64,000 nucleotides of DNA from Callorhinchus milii (taxonomy: Eukaryota): the NCBI RefSeq assembly GCF_018977255.1, contig NW_024704743.1, positions 30,754,001 through 30,818,000 on the forward strand, written 5' to 3'. Shown one piece after another: positions 50,971 through 62,590 of the stretch (position 1 is its first letter; every line of letters begins with the position of its first letter). Below the pieces are notes generated by a model. The model made no database searches and was not told where the DNA came from. It was given only the letters and a program-made list of their open reading frames with translations. Position numbers and translations under genes: made by a program.

Positions 50971-53374
50971 GTGTCGGGTCTGATAAAGCACTTCAAATAA
51001 CATTTGATAAATATGTTATTATTAACAAATAATGGACAGGCCAAGTGGAGAGTCTGCCTGTGATAGGCACAGAGTTTAACACTACGACCATCACAGCGCA
51101 AGTGCTACAAGTTCCCAGTAATATTGCCACCACTTGTTAACGTTTCCTTGCAGCCTGAAGCATTTTGTTAGCATTTGTTGTCTTGGGTGGAGGGGCTGAG
51201 TTCATCAGAATTCAATCCAGAGGACAAAGCGAATATATATATATGTTCCATTATTGATCGGCTGCGTTAATATGGCTTGCAACTGTTGACCTCTCAATTA
51301 AAATCCCAAGAGTTATTATTTATGCATACATATTCTCCACAATTTAGGTCTGCAGGGGAACTGTATCTCATACGAGAACTTTTGATCAAGATCAACCAGG
51401 CTGGTGCACTGCAGCCGGGTTTATAAATAAATAACCATTTGCTTGCGCCAATTTGCTGGAGTCGCAGTTCAGCTGAGAGTGATCAAGTTAATTTATATTT
51501 TAGTGCTCAACTAATGATGGCACATGTTTCTTGCACAAAGTAATCGACCGCGACCCGTAGCTGCTTGCATTCAGAACAACCCTGCGAAGCTATCTTCCCT
51601 TGCAATCGTGACCGCAGGGGCAAACGGCCCTATCAATCTCTGGTGGTGCTGGAGACGGCTGACAGCCTTGAAGGACAAGCAGAAGTGATTGCAGAAATAT
51701 AGGTATAAATCAATGCAAACAGGGGGATAAATTATTCCGTTAGGATCCAGTATCAATAATTCTTCGTGTGTAAATGTAAATAATGCGAAAAGCCCCGGGA
51801 CATCAATCGCACAATGAGGAGTATATTCACCTACATACACGCGGGCTATTGTCATGCAGATGGTTGTTTAAGCATAACCAACAGCTATGGTGACCCAGGT
51901 ATGGGTGTACATAACCATACGCACACTGCAAATCACACAGATAGGGCTGTATGTAAGTATACAATCACCCAGGAGGGCATATGCAATGGTACAGATGCTC
52001 TAGAAATTGTTCAAACTGAGATGCAAGCAGTCTATTAACAGCGCCAGTATCTGACAAACTGCACACGTCTGAATACCCAGATGTGCGATTGCAACAGATT
52101 AAACATTTGAACGATTGTAGGTTATTTTCTGAGATTTTCTAATGAATATTATAGGCACTGTGAAAGCAAAAAGACGGATACATGTACTTCACCAACTCTG
52201 AATTTGATGGTCAGTTCAGAGTAGCTGCCAAACCTAACTCCCACCTTAAACTAAATACAGTGTGTAGTTTGTTGTTAGCGCCTTGTGAATTGTGCTGTGA
52301 TACAGAATCAGTCTCCGTGCATTCATTTCACTGGTCTGAGTGTTTAAGAAAAAATGCAAGCCGAATGAGGATGTAGGAAATCTGAAATAAAACCAGTGAT
52401 GCTGCCGCAGATGGTGTTCTATTAATGTACCACACTTAAAACATTCACTGCACCTTTCAGAATGATGATTGACTTATGAGTTAGAATTACCTGATTTCAG
52501 TGGAGACTGGTAGTAACATTCAACTCTGCTCAACAACCTGTTGCAGCACTCAAGGACAGATGCGTTCCTTGCATTTTCCATGGCTAAAAAAAATTCTAGT
52601 CTGATATAAGGTGTTGGCGAATTAACTAAGCGAAAAGTGACCCAAACATCTACCTGCTCACCACAAATTGCATGGTTTGCATCCGATTTAAAAAATCCAG
52701 ACGTCAACTGATACCTTCCAGGATCCATCTGCCGTCGCAGTCACTGCGTGTGAAATCTTTTGAGACTTCTCGACGTTACAGCTGTGTCAAATGCAATCGT
52801 TATTAACTAGTCCAATCCTAAATAAAAAAAAACACAGGAGTTTCGAAAGAGAGCCCCTCAAATTCGCGAGGCTGGTGCTCTGTGCAAACTGTGTCTGCTG
52901 GGAGCTACTAATTTCTTCCCTTCTCCAAGCATTGCCCAGTGAAGTGACAGTCGGCTGTTGTGCACTGAACATCCGAAGGGTTAACTCGATCACTACTAAC
53001 ACTGTTGATTCATGCAATTAAACACCCGTGGTCCTGATGCTGTGTACCCCACCTGTTGCTTAAAAAGCGAACGCTTTTGCTTCGAGTCATTCTTGCTGAA
53101 ATGTTGCTTTATTTTAATTTGAACCATCCGGTCGCTTTGAAAAGAGGAACTGACTTCAGAGCACATGTGAATTTCTTGACAGCATACGATGCTCTCCCGT
53201 CAAGAATGCCCTTGAATAGCAGATGAAGCAACTGGTGAATGTTACCCTTTGCCCTGTAATTTGGGACTCCACGTTCCTTCAAATTCGTAGCAACACCGCA
53301 TATCACCTGCTCTGGGGCATATTTTTTTCATCCTTCACGGGACACATATTTCCCTCTCTATTAAGAAAGCCTTG

Positions 53375-54090
53375 ACTTAGTTGGTAGCACTTGCCTCTCA
53401 ATCGAAACGTTGCCCATTTAAATCCCCTGTCAGGACTTTAAACTGGTAGTTCACTGGGGGTTACATTGTGAGAGGTGCTATTATTCGTGGAGTCCTGTAG
53501 CTCAGTGGTTAGAGCACTCGCTTTGCAAGTGAGAGACCTGAGTTCAATTCCAGGCAGAGGGCGAAACCTTGGGCAAGTTTCCTTACTCCACACAGAGCCT
53601 AATAATAATCCCTCCAAAACCAAAAACAATAATAAAATTGGTCATTTTCAATCTACGACTGTTTGTGGGACATTGCTGTGCGCAATTGGCTGCCGCGTTC
53701 GCCCACAAATATACAGTCAATTCACTTTACAGTCTATTCTGTGAAGCGCTTTGGGACGTCCTCCCGACGTGAAAAGCGCTATATCAAATGCAAGGATTAT
53801 TATTATTATTGGATTAACCGGAGGTCCTTCATACTTGTTCAGGTGAAACGTAAAGATACAATGGCTCTATTTGAAAAAGTGAAAGTTTCTTCTGATGAAC
53901 TGGGCCAATAATCTCCATATAAAATTGGTCATTCACTTTTGTGTGTTATTGTTGTGTTCAAATTGGCTGCCATTTTCACCTCTACAAATGCACAGTCACT
54001 GCACTTTACAGTAATTCATATGAAGCACTTTGAGATGTTTAATTGACTTGATCAGGCACTGTATCAAAAACAAAGATTATTTTTATTATA
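53375..54090 (+). mobile_element. Old Deu-domain SINE split by a younger SINE
   Basis: Head gacttagttggtagcacttgcctct...gagaggtgcta at 53375-53485. The Deu core resumes at 53811 (ttaaccggaggtcc...ttcaggtgaaacgtaaagatacaatggctctatttgaa) and the tail ends at about 54090. Confidence 0.8.
53489..53810 (+). mobile_element. tRNA(Ala)-derived SINE, full length, young
   Basis: A box tagctcagtgg, anticodon-like arm cgctttgcaagtg, B box gttcaattcc, CpG-rich body, tail gcgctatatcaaatgcaagg(att)5. Confidence 0.96.
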
Positions 54091-54344
54091 AACATTACCT
54101 TTTCAAGCTAAGATTACTGAGAACGCAATCTACTGAGCGTACGTAATTGAGGTGGCTCAACGTTTGTCTAACACCTGTGTAAGTAGGCTGTCTAAACGTT
54201 CACCTGGAAGATATTTGAATTTCTTTGGGCAATGCAACATCACCTGCAAATATATACTTTTTAAATACAGAAGTTTACTAAACAGCTTCCGACCTCAATA
54301 TTAACATTGATAATGGCTCCAATATGTTTTGCAAAGCATTTTGA

Positions 54345-54965
54345 ACAACAGCAACTTGCACGTAAATAGCACCCTCCTCGCAGGGTAGCATCTCAGATCG
54401 CTTAACAGTGGTGGAGCCTGACAGGGGTGGGGGAGAGAGGGGCAAGGCAGAGGGATTGAGGGAGAGTGTTCCACATTTTTGGGGTGTAGTGGTTGAAGGC
54501 CCAACCTACAATGGTGGAGGAGAGGGTGCGAGAGACAAGCAGGAGGCCAGTGTCAGTTGAGCAGAGGCACCGGGTAATGGATTGGTGAGTGAGGAGGCCG
54601 GCGAGGTAGGCAGGTGCCAGAGTGAATGGATTTGAACATGAGTGTGAAGATCTTGAAGTCAATCTGTTCGGTGATGGGGAGCCAGTGGAGCCTGGTGAGA
54701 ACTGGTAGATGGGGATACGGAGTTTAGTCCAGGTAAGTATGCGGGCAGCAGAGTTCTGAATGGTAAACATGGGTCTTGAAGGAGGCAAGGGAGGGGGCGA
54801 GGTGGAGGGACTTCGGGGTGGAGTTCCAGAGAGTGGAGACAGACAGGCTGAAGGCCCACTAATGGTGGGGCAGGCAAGGCGTGGGATGTGAAGCAGGCCA
54901 GAGCATGCTGAGCAGAGGGAACGGATAGGTTGGTAGGGGGTTAGGAGGTCACGTCGGTAGGGAGA
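54345..54965 (-). mobile_element. Two adjacent L2 3' fragments
   Basis: The minus strand translates to DLLTPYQPIRSL and IQNSAARILT...WNTLPQSL. The segment order is permuted, so there are two pieces joined at about 54765. Confidence 0.88.
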
Positions 54966-55364
54966 AGCAACACAGTGCAATAAGTGCAGATTGTTCTTTT
55001 TTTGTTAATAACAGTAAATTATCCAGCAGAGTAGGTCTGAGTAGATGTTACAAATGTGGCTGAAGATCAATGATCAAAGCCCTGAACATCTGATTGATGC
55101 TCCAGTTATACTACAGTACAGGATGCCATGTGATATCACTTCCTTTAATAGATATCGGAGTGGAAAAATCAGATGGAGTTAAACTACTTTGTTCACCCCA
55201 TTCAAATTTGCAACTTGCATAAAATAATTGGTTTAATGCATGTATATAGACTATAGAAATGCACTACAAAGTAGGTTATTCATTCCATTTTTTCATTATG
55301 TTGTCTACTCCAAGAAACCATCCTTCCTAAACCCAATTTCCTACCACCTCCAAAAAGCATTAAA

Positions 55365-56048
55365 ACTAGTTCCCAGGTGCAAAAAGTAATCAGAAGATGA
55401 ATGGAATGTAGGCCTTTATCTCAAAGGACCTGGAATACAAAGAATACAAGAAGAAATGATGCTTCAGCTGTACAGAGCGTTAGTCAGATCCCATCTGGAG
55501 TATTGCGTTCAGTTTTGGACACCACACCTCAGGAAAGATATATTGGCCCTGGAGGGCTGCACAGGTTCACCAGAATATTACCAGGCCTAAAAGGGTTAAG
55601 TTATGGAGAAAGGCTTCATAAACTTGGATTGTATTCCTTTGAGTTTAGAAGGTTGAGGGGTGATTTGATTGAGGTGTTTAAGAAGATAAAGGGATTTGAT
55701 AGGGTAGATACAGAGAAGCTATTTCCTCTGGTGGGGAATCCAAAACAAGGGGGCATAGTCTTAAAATTAGAACCAGGCCATTTAAGATTGAAACCAGGAA
55801 GCATTTTTTCACTCAAAGGGTGGTAGAAATCTGGAATTCTCTCCCCCAAAAGGCCGTGGATGCTGGAATCATCCACACCTTCAAGAGTGAGGTTGATAGA
55901 TTTTTGGTAGGTCAGGGTATTAAGGGATATGGGGAGAAAGCGGGAAATTGGAAGTGAAAGGATTAGTTGAGGTACAGACCATGATCTAAATAAATGGTGG
56001 AATAGGCTTGAAGGGCTGAATGGCCTATTCCTGTTTCTGTGTTCCTAT
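55365..56048 (+). mobile_element. CR1 LINE 3' fragment, older subfamily
   Basis: [40 protein letters not shown]; 3' UTR gaagggctgaatggcctattcctgtttctgtgttcctat. Confidence 0.93.
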
Positions 56049-56304
56049 AGCTTGATAATCATTTGGGAGATTGTTTCTTTAACATCCTAACACTATTCAC
56101 AACTTTAAATTGTCCCTAGTTCACTAATATAATATCAGTACTTTGAGAGTACTTTGATAACTTTCCTTAGTGTCCAAGAGTTAAGGAGGAGAAAGAAAAC
56201 ATTTTTCTTCATTTCATTTCATTTTCAATTTTACCCTATGTTGCCTACATATAATTCTAAAATTCAACGTTAAAACAAGTTGCAAATTTTGTTTCATTTC
56301 TGTG

Positions 56305-56505
56305 GAACAGGCTCCCGAGGGAAATGGTTGAAGAAGGAAGTGTTGATTCCTTCAAACACAGATTAGATAGTTTTCTTTTAGGAAATAACATTATGGGACA
56401 TAGTACATAGGTTCAGGACATATCCATGGGACCGCCAGGAAGTTGTAACTGAAACTATATGGACCTTGGTCTTTTTTTCTTCCAGCACTTCTTATGCTCT
56501 TATGT
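56305..56505 (+). mobile_element. Old CR1 3' end
   Basis: tggaacaggctcccg...ttcaaacacagattagat (WNRLP...FKxRLD); tail cttcttatgctcttatg. Confidence 0.7.
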
Positions 56506-56854
56506 TATACATAACATGATACTGTGAATACATACCTCTACTGGCAGAAAGAGTGAAAGATGATTTGAAATCAATGTCAAGAAATTGCATTCATATTGTG
56601 AAGTATGACTGCCATGCCTCAAATCTGAAAACACCGCACGGAAGACATTTTGCTTGGAGAATTTAATATCAAGCCAATTCAGTTAACATTAATGTACCAT
56701 ATATTCTATACTCTCTGCAATGAAAATTGCATCATATTGTTGCAGAATATGTTTTAAAACGGAGAAACACTCTTGAAATCTCAAGTCTTCCTCGAGGTTT
56801 GTTAATTTTGTAAACTGGCTAGTTCCATACACGTAGGCTAGGTTAAATATGACT

Positions 56855-56937
56855 TGCGGAAACCCATCACCATGCTTAAGAGTATCCAAAACAAGCTGAG
56901 ATTTCCATGCATCCCACCTACACATGGAAATCCCAGA
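56855..56937 (-). mobile_element. Family X fragment
   Basis: cggaaacccatcaccatgcttaagagtatccaaaacaagctgagatttccatgcatcccacctacacatggaaatcccag. Confidence 0.85.
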
Positions 56938-57110
56938 GATGTGCTCTGAAGTCAGTCCTCTTTTCTATGGGGTTTCTATGATACTTTTTGGCTTGATGCC
57001 AAACCATCTAATTTTTTTTCAATATACCACTGTATGGGGCAGTCCCTGATCTGTATTTTGTTTACAACCACGATGACTATGTTTAATTTTAGTATTTTAT
57101 GTTTTGTTCT

Positions 57111-58700
57111 GGGGGAGGTGGAGCATTCTTCTCAGATCTTGCTAACTTCTCCCTGTCAACTGGCACCGTTCCCACCAACCTAACTTCTCCCTGTCAACTG
57201 GCACCGTTCCCACCAACCTAACAACAGCTGTCATCACCTCTATCCTAAACAAAAACCTTACCTGGATCTATCCCTGCTCACTAATTACCGCCCCATCTCC
57301 AACCTTCCTTTCCTTTCCAAGGTTTTTGAAAGAGTTGTTGCTTCACAGCTTCACTCCTTCCTCTCCTGCCACTCCCTTTATGAACCCCTCCAATCGGGTT
57401 TCCATTCTGCCCACAGCATGGAAACAGCCCTGGTCAAGGTGACAAATGACATTCTGTCCATTCTGCTCCCTCTGTCTCCTCATCCTCCTTGACCTCTCTG
57501 CTGCCTTTGACACTGTGGACCACTCTATCCTCCTCCACCGCCTCTCCTCTCACCTCAAGCTTCAAGGCTCTGTCCTTGCATGGTTCAGATCCTATGTCTC
57601 ATACTGGCTCCACATTGTCTGCACAAATGGCTTCTCCTCCAGCCGCAGCACCGTCTCGTATGGTGTACCTCTGAGCTCTGTCCTCGGTCCTCTCCTTGTT
57701 AACCTGTACATGCTCCCTCTTGGTGACATCATCCGCAGACATGGAGTCAATTTTATCTCTCTGCCTCCACCCTTGCCCCAAGGACCACTGATGTCCTGTC
57801 AGACTGCCTGTCAGACATCAAGTCCTGGATGAGAGCTAACTTTCTACAGTTGAATGTCAGCAAAACTGAGGCCCTCCTGATTGTCTCACGCCAGCGCCTC
57901 CGCACTTTAGACACTGACACCATCAGCATCCATGTATGCGCACTCCACCTCACCAAGCAAGTCAGGAAGCCAGGGATCTTGTTCGACCCTCAACTGTCCT
58001 TTCTCCCCCACATCCATGCCATGATCCGCTCTGCCTTACCCCACCTCTGCAACATTGCCCGACTCTGCCACTGCCTCACCCTCAGGCTGCCAAAACCCTC
58101 ATACATGCCGCTATTACAACCAGGCTCGACTATGCCAATGCCCTGCTTGTTGGCCTTCCCAGCTCCTTCCTCCACAAGCTGCAGATCATCCAAAACTCTG
58201 CAGCTTGTGTTCTCTCCTGCACCAGACTCTGTGACCCCATCACATCCATCCTTGCCCGGCTCCACTGGGTCTCCATCTCTCAGAGGATTGAGTTCAAAAT
58301 TCTCATCGTCACCTTCAAGGCCTTCCATGGACTTGCCCTTTCCTACCTCTCTGACCTGCTAAACCCTTATCAACCTGTCCACTTCCTCCATTCAGCACTC
58401 AGGCCTGCTTCATGTCCCCCTCCCCACCCGCCCTACCATCAGTGGTCGGGCTTTCAGCCTCTCTGCCACCACCATCTGGAACTTCATTCCACATTCTCTT
58501 CACCTCGCTCGCTCCCTTGCCACCTTCAAGGCATGTCTCAAGACCCTCCACTTTGGCCGTGCCTTTGGCCACCCTCATACGCCCACCTTCCCCGCCCTCC
58601 ACCCTCCCTGATCCCAACCCCTGCTCAGGTCCTAATCCCTGACCGTTCAGCATCTTGGGATGTCCTCCCTACATGAAAGGCATTTTACAAATGTTGTATT
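57111..58700 (+). mobile_element. L2 retrotransposon, about 1.6 kb, decayed ORF2 plus tail
   Basis: aattaccgccccatctccaaccttcctttcctttccaagg (NYRPISNLPFLSK), LILLDLSAAFDTVDHSILL, SVLGPLL, NFLQLNVSKTE, TRLDYANALL; L2 tail at about 58645-58700. Confidence 0.96.
57142..57222. repeat. Perfect 38-bp tandem duplication inside the L2
   Basis: ctaacttctccctgtcaactggcaccgttcccaccaac occurs twice, followed by ctaac. Confidence 0.97.
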
Positions 58701-59439
58701 GTATAAACCGTGGCATTCCCAATTGTAAGCACGCCAAGATGCCATCCGGCGTGAAGGGCGCTCAATAAATGCAAGTTGTTAATATATGGGGTCGAAAGAA
58801 AAGCCTTCTACGGCTAATGCTATGTTGGCACATGCTGATGCCTCTAACCCTAATTAATTTGGTGCCAATTCTCAATGTCTTGAAATGCATCTGGAATAAG
58901 TCAGTTTACCAGGTTTATCAAAGTTGATGTAAAAGTGGACTTCTTGCCCCCATCCTCTCCCCTTTCAGTGCAATTAATGTGGTGTATTTTTTTTTAAGAT
59001 CATCGCTAATCTATACATTTCCTCTGTGTTATTCTTTCGGTCCTGTGTAGGGTGCGGTTGGGAGGGTTTGTTCGATTTAGTGCACGACATATCTCACCAC
59101 GAGTTGACTGCGTCTGTCTGTTTCAGAAAAAATCTCCAATGGCTAAAACCACCTTTCATTCAAAGTGATGAGTGGGTATTATCGGGATGATGGAATATCC
59201 AACATATCGTTGCTTGAAACCACTACGCCTTGCCTACCATCTGTTTACTTTTTAATTGAGATTTATCTCGAATTTCTAGAAATCTGCCAAGGGGCGAGTG
59301 GGGGGGATTGAAGTTACAGCAGAAATTGAAATTGCAGCATATTTATGTATGTACATATATATATATATATATATTCGTCGGTTTGAATCTTAAATCTTTA
59401 AGAAAGGATAAGAATCAAAGACCTCATTAACCACATGGG

Positions 59440-60720
59440 ATCGTCTGCTTCGTGTGTATTGTCCTCGTACTGGTATTGTGTGCCATAAATCTGTGTGGTT
59501 TCGTGCGCCTTGTCCTCCTGTTGTGTACCATAAATCTGTGTGGTTTGAAGTTTAATGACGTGTTTTGTCACATTACAGAGGCTTTTTTTTTTGAGACGTT
59601 GCCATAAACGCCAGGATCGCGGGAGCTGCGCGCCAATGTCACTTTCCCAGCTTTAATGAGATCAAAAAGTGAATTTATTGCCATTTATTTCATCTGGGTC
59701 CCCCGTGGTCTCCCGCGTAAGGCTGTGTGGGCGGCAAATCCTGCGTGACATTTAATCGTGAAAGTCATCTCGATTTGGCTGCATTGGCCCGCGTCAAATT
59801 CAAGCGCTCATCGAAACGGTACCGCAAAGAATCCGCACCGAATCGAATGGTTATTATTTATTGCAACAGTCGGACTCTGAACGGTGTTAACAGGTTGGCT
59901 GGAAACCACCCAAAATACATCCTCACCTGTACGATTCGATATCCAGTAAGAGAACTGATTTCACTGGAGCTTTCTTTGATCAGAAGGTGAATGCAACGTT
60001 GGAGGAGATTAATGAGTGCCCCGACCCTGGCCATGACTGTGTGTGTGTGTGTGTAGTGTGTAGTGTGTGTGTGTGAGTGTGAGTTGAGGGCAAAGCATAA
60101 TACACCGATGGCAGCTCCAATTTACAGCTAACCCCTTGGACAAGTTTATCCTTCTTTTAGGGCTCGGCTCCCAAACCTCACTTGGCTACTGTTTCCCTGT
60201 CACTTCAATGCAATTGTCCTAATCTCCAGATAACAGTGCTTCCGAATGGCGAGCGGACCCTGGTTTGAAGAATGCACATTTCAGGTTATTCCCTATTTCC
60301 CCCCTTGTGCGATTTGGAAATAAGACGCGCTTTTTGATGGTATCACAGTGTTACATAAATTACTGAATGCAATCGAGGGTCGCCACAATCTCTCGACGTG
60401 CGATGGTAAGGCGGGGACAGTACGTTACATTTTTGTACCTGGGTATATTGCATTACACTCTGCCGGTGGCTAATAGCCGGGAGAGCAGCAGCCGTTTCTC
60501 TGGCTGTAGATCCTGTTCTACTCGATTACGAAGGAGGGAGATTACAACGCACTGCGTTGCTGGGGATGTGATCAACCAACTCCCACTTCTCAAAGCCACC
60601 ACTATCCATTCGATGCGGCGTTTGTAAATTTACTAACCCCCCCGGGGGTTTATGGCGTATCCTCGGAAATGCCTTGTGGTTCTGTCATTCATGTTTACAT
60701 GATAAGAAACATGTCTTGGC
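59440..60720. promoter_or_regulatory. Second CpG-retaining non-repetitive block (candidate enhancer or conserved non-coding element)
   Basis: Dense CpGs (gatcgcgggagctgcgcgcc, cccgcgtc, tctcgacgtgcg) with AT-rich homeodomain-like motifs and no convincing ORF. Confidence 0.45.
60196..60284. repeat. 89-bp direct repeat, copy 1
   Basis: Ungapped match to 61054-61142, with 14 mismatches by hand count. Confidence 0.9.
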
Positions 60721-60794
60721 GGGTGGATGTGTTGGGAGAGGAACCCGTTGAGTGTTTCACTCCAGTGACTCTCTGCAATTGTTTGGGGTGTACT

Positions 60795-60878
60795 GGGTGT
60801 CTAACACTTGGGGACCCCAGAGTGTGCGTTGGGGTTCAGCTGAAGTCTAAACAGCTAAACAGCTTGCCACTGATAGCA
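60795..60878 (-). mobile_element. Family X internal fragment
   Basis: cttggggaccccagagtgtgcgttgggg...ctaaacagctaaacagcttgccactgata matches about 11170-11243. Confidence 0.7.
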
Positions 60879-61053
60879 AGGGCACACAGCAGGAGCGTGG
60901 AGCTTGAGGCTTGAGGACTTGTTACTGATCACAAAGATCCTCTGTCCCGTGATTGTTTGGTTTAATTGGAAAAACACCATTGGAAATTTTAATTGTTTTC
61001 AATTAGTATCTTGTAGCAATCGTTGTTTGTTTTGGCTGCACTGTTTGTTTGTT

Positions 61054-61142
61054 CCTGTCACTTCAATGTAATTGTCCTAATCTCCAAACAGAAGTACCTC
61101 TGAATGGCTGGCAAACCCTGGTTTGAAGAAAACACATTTCAG
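61054..61142. repeat. 89-bp direct repeat, copy 2
   Basis: Matches copy 1 at 60196-60284. Confidence 0.9.
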
Positions 61143-61531
61143 AGCCTTATTCCACTTCTTTGCCCCCAGGCCAATTTACTCCTGCTTGGAACTTCTATGA
61201 AATAGAAAGTATGTTGGTTACGTCTGAATTTCTGCATTTCATTCGCGTGAATCCAAGAAAATATTCATGAAGCTGATGTTGTGATATATCAAGCGAGATA
61301 AACTATATTATCAGTGATAGGAAAATTATCACATGGTCTGATAGCAATGTGACTGGAATTGTTACCAGCAAGATGGGCTGTATTTTTCTATGGAATACAG
61401 CCCCTCCCCCCCCCACCCCCCTTGGATTAACACTTTTGGCACAAGGGACAATCATTTGAAGGATTGCAGAGTTATAGGCGTATCATTAACTCAAGAAGTA
61501 ATACGATATGTAACTGAAAGAGTTTGCTGGG

Positions 61532-61768
61532 TAATAATCCTTACATTTGATACAGCACTTACCACATCTTCCAGACATCACCAAGCACTTCACAGAATAT
61601 ACTGTAAAGTGAATTGACTGTATATTTTATGGTAAGCATTCAGATATAATAATACATAATACTAATCCTTGCATTTAATATTGTGCCTTATCACTTCATC
61701 GAGATGTCTCAAAGCACTTCACAGAATATACTGTAAAGTGAATTGACTGTATATTTTGTGGGCGAAAT
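61532..61768 (-). mobile_element. Two tandem SINE 3' ends
   Basis: aagcacttcacagaatatactgtaaagtgaattgactgtatatttt occurs twice, each time preceded by taatcctt(a/g)cattt. Confidence 0.85.
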
Positions 61769-61834
61769 ATATGCTAATAGCATCTTTTTTTTAATTCCAT
61801 TCAAAATGAAATAACCAGAAAAAAACAAATACAG

Positions 61835-62275
61835 TTACATAGAATGGTGTGGCTCGGAAACAAATCATTTGGCCCAACTAGTCCGTGTTTAACTCCACAC
61901 CAGCTTATCTCCCCTCTGTCCCATCTCAAGAGAGAAAAGCTGCAAACTGCCTAATCTTTCTTAATAACTGTATCCACCCAACCCTGGCAAATCTACGTTG
62001 TACTCTTTCTAATGCTACGACATCTTTCCTGTAATATGGTGACCTGAATGGTACACAGTTCTCCAAATGTGGTCAAACCACTGCTTAATATAAATGTAGC
62101 ATTACTTCCCTAATTTTATACTCTGTTCCTCTGGACATCAAGCCAAGGACTCTATTTGCATTCTTCATGACCCGGTCCCGACCTTGTGGTGCTACTTTTA
62201 GAGTCCAGTGAATCTGAATCCCGATTAGATCCCTACCTCTTTGGATATGTTTGGGTTCTTTATTCTTCCCAAAGT
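61835..62275 (-). mobile_element. Old CR1 fragment
   Basis: ctgaatggtacacagttctccaaatgtggtcaaacc is the reverse of VxPHLExCVxF; catagaa...catttggcccaac is the 3' end. Confidence 0.75.
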
Positions 62276-62289
62276 AAATCGCTGTCTAG

Positions 62290-62590
62290 AACAGTAATAC
62301 CAGAGCACACGACCTGCGATTGAAGGGGGGCAAAGTCAAAACAAATCTGCAGAAGCACTATTTCAGTAAGCCAGTAGTAAATATATGAAAGCAGAAAGTG
62401 TTGATTATTTCAAAAACAAATTAGATAGATTTATGTTAGGACCTACTATCTTGGGATTCAGTGTATAGTTTGGGGCATGAAATTTGCATGGAATTGTCAG
62501 GATGGTGGAAGGCGAACTGGATGGACTTTGGTCTTTCATCTAGCAATTCGTATCTAAATGCATGTTGTTGTTGTTGTTATGTTCTTATGT
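62290..62590 (+). mobile_element. Old CR1 3' end
   Basis: agaagcactatttcagtaag...ttcaaaaacaaattagatagattt; tail ttatgttcttatg. Confidence 0.7.

Larger units (their letters stand above)
47250..53400. promoter_or_regulatory. CpG-retaining, transposon-poor region (CpG-island-like promoter domain)
   Basis: CG dinucleotides are visibly more frequent than in 1-47 kb, LINEs and SINEs are nearly absent, and simple repeats and G/C runs are dense. Confidence 0.7.

Noticed and set aside
53489..53560. tRNA-Ala-like sequence (also at 42616 and 6467)
   Set aside because: It continues directly into a SINE body and tail, the acceptor stem is poor and the anticodon varies between copies (TGC, CGC). These are SINE heads, not tRNA genes.
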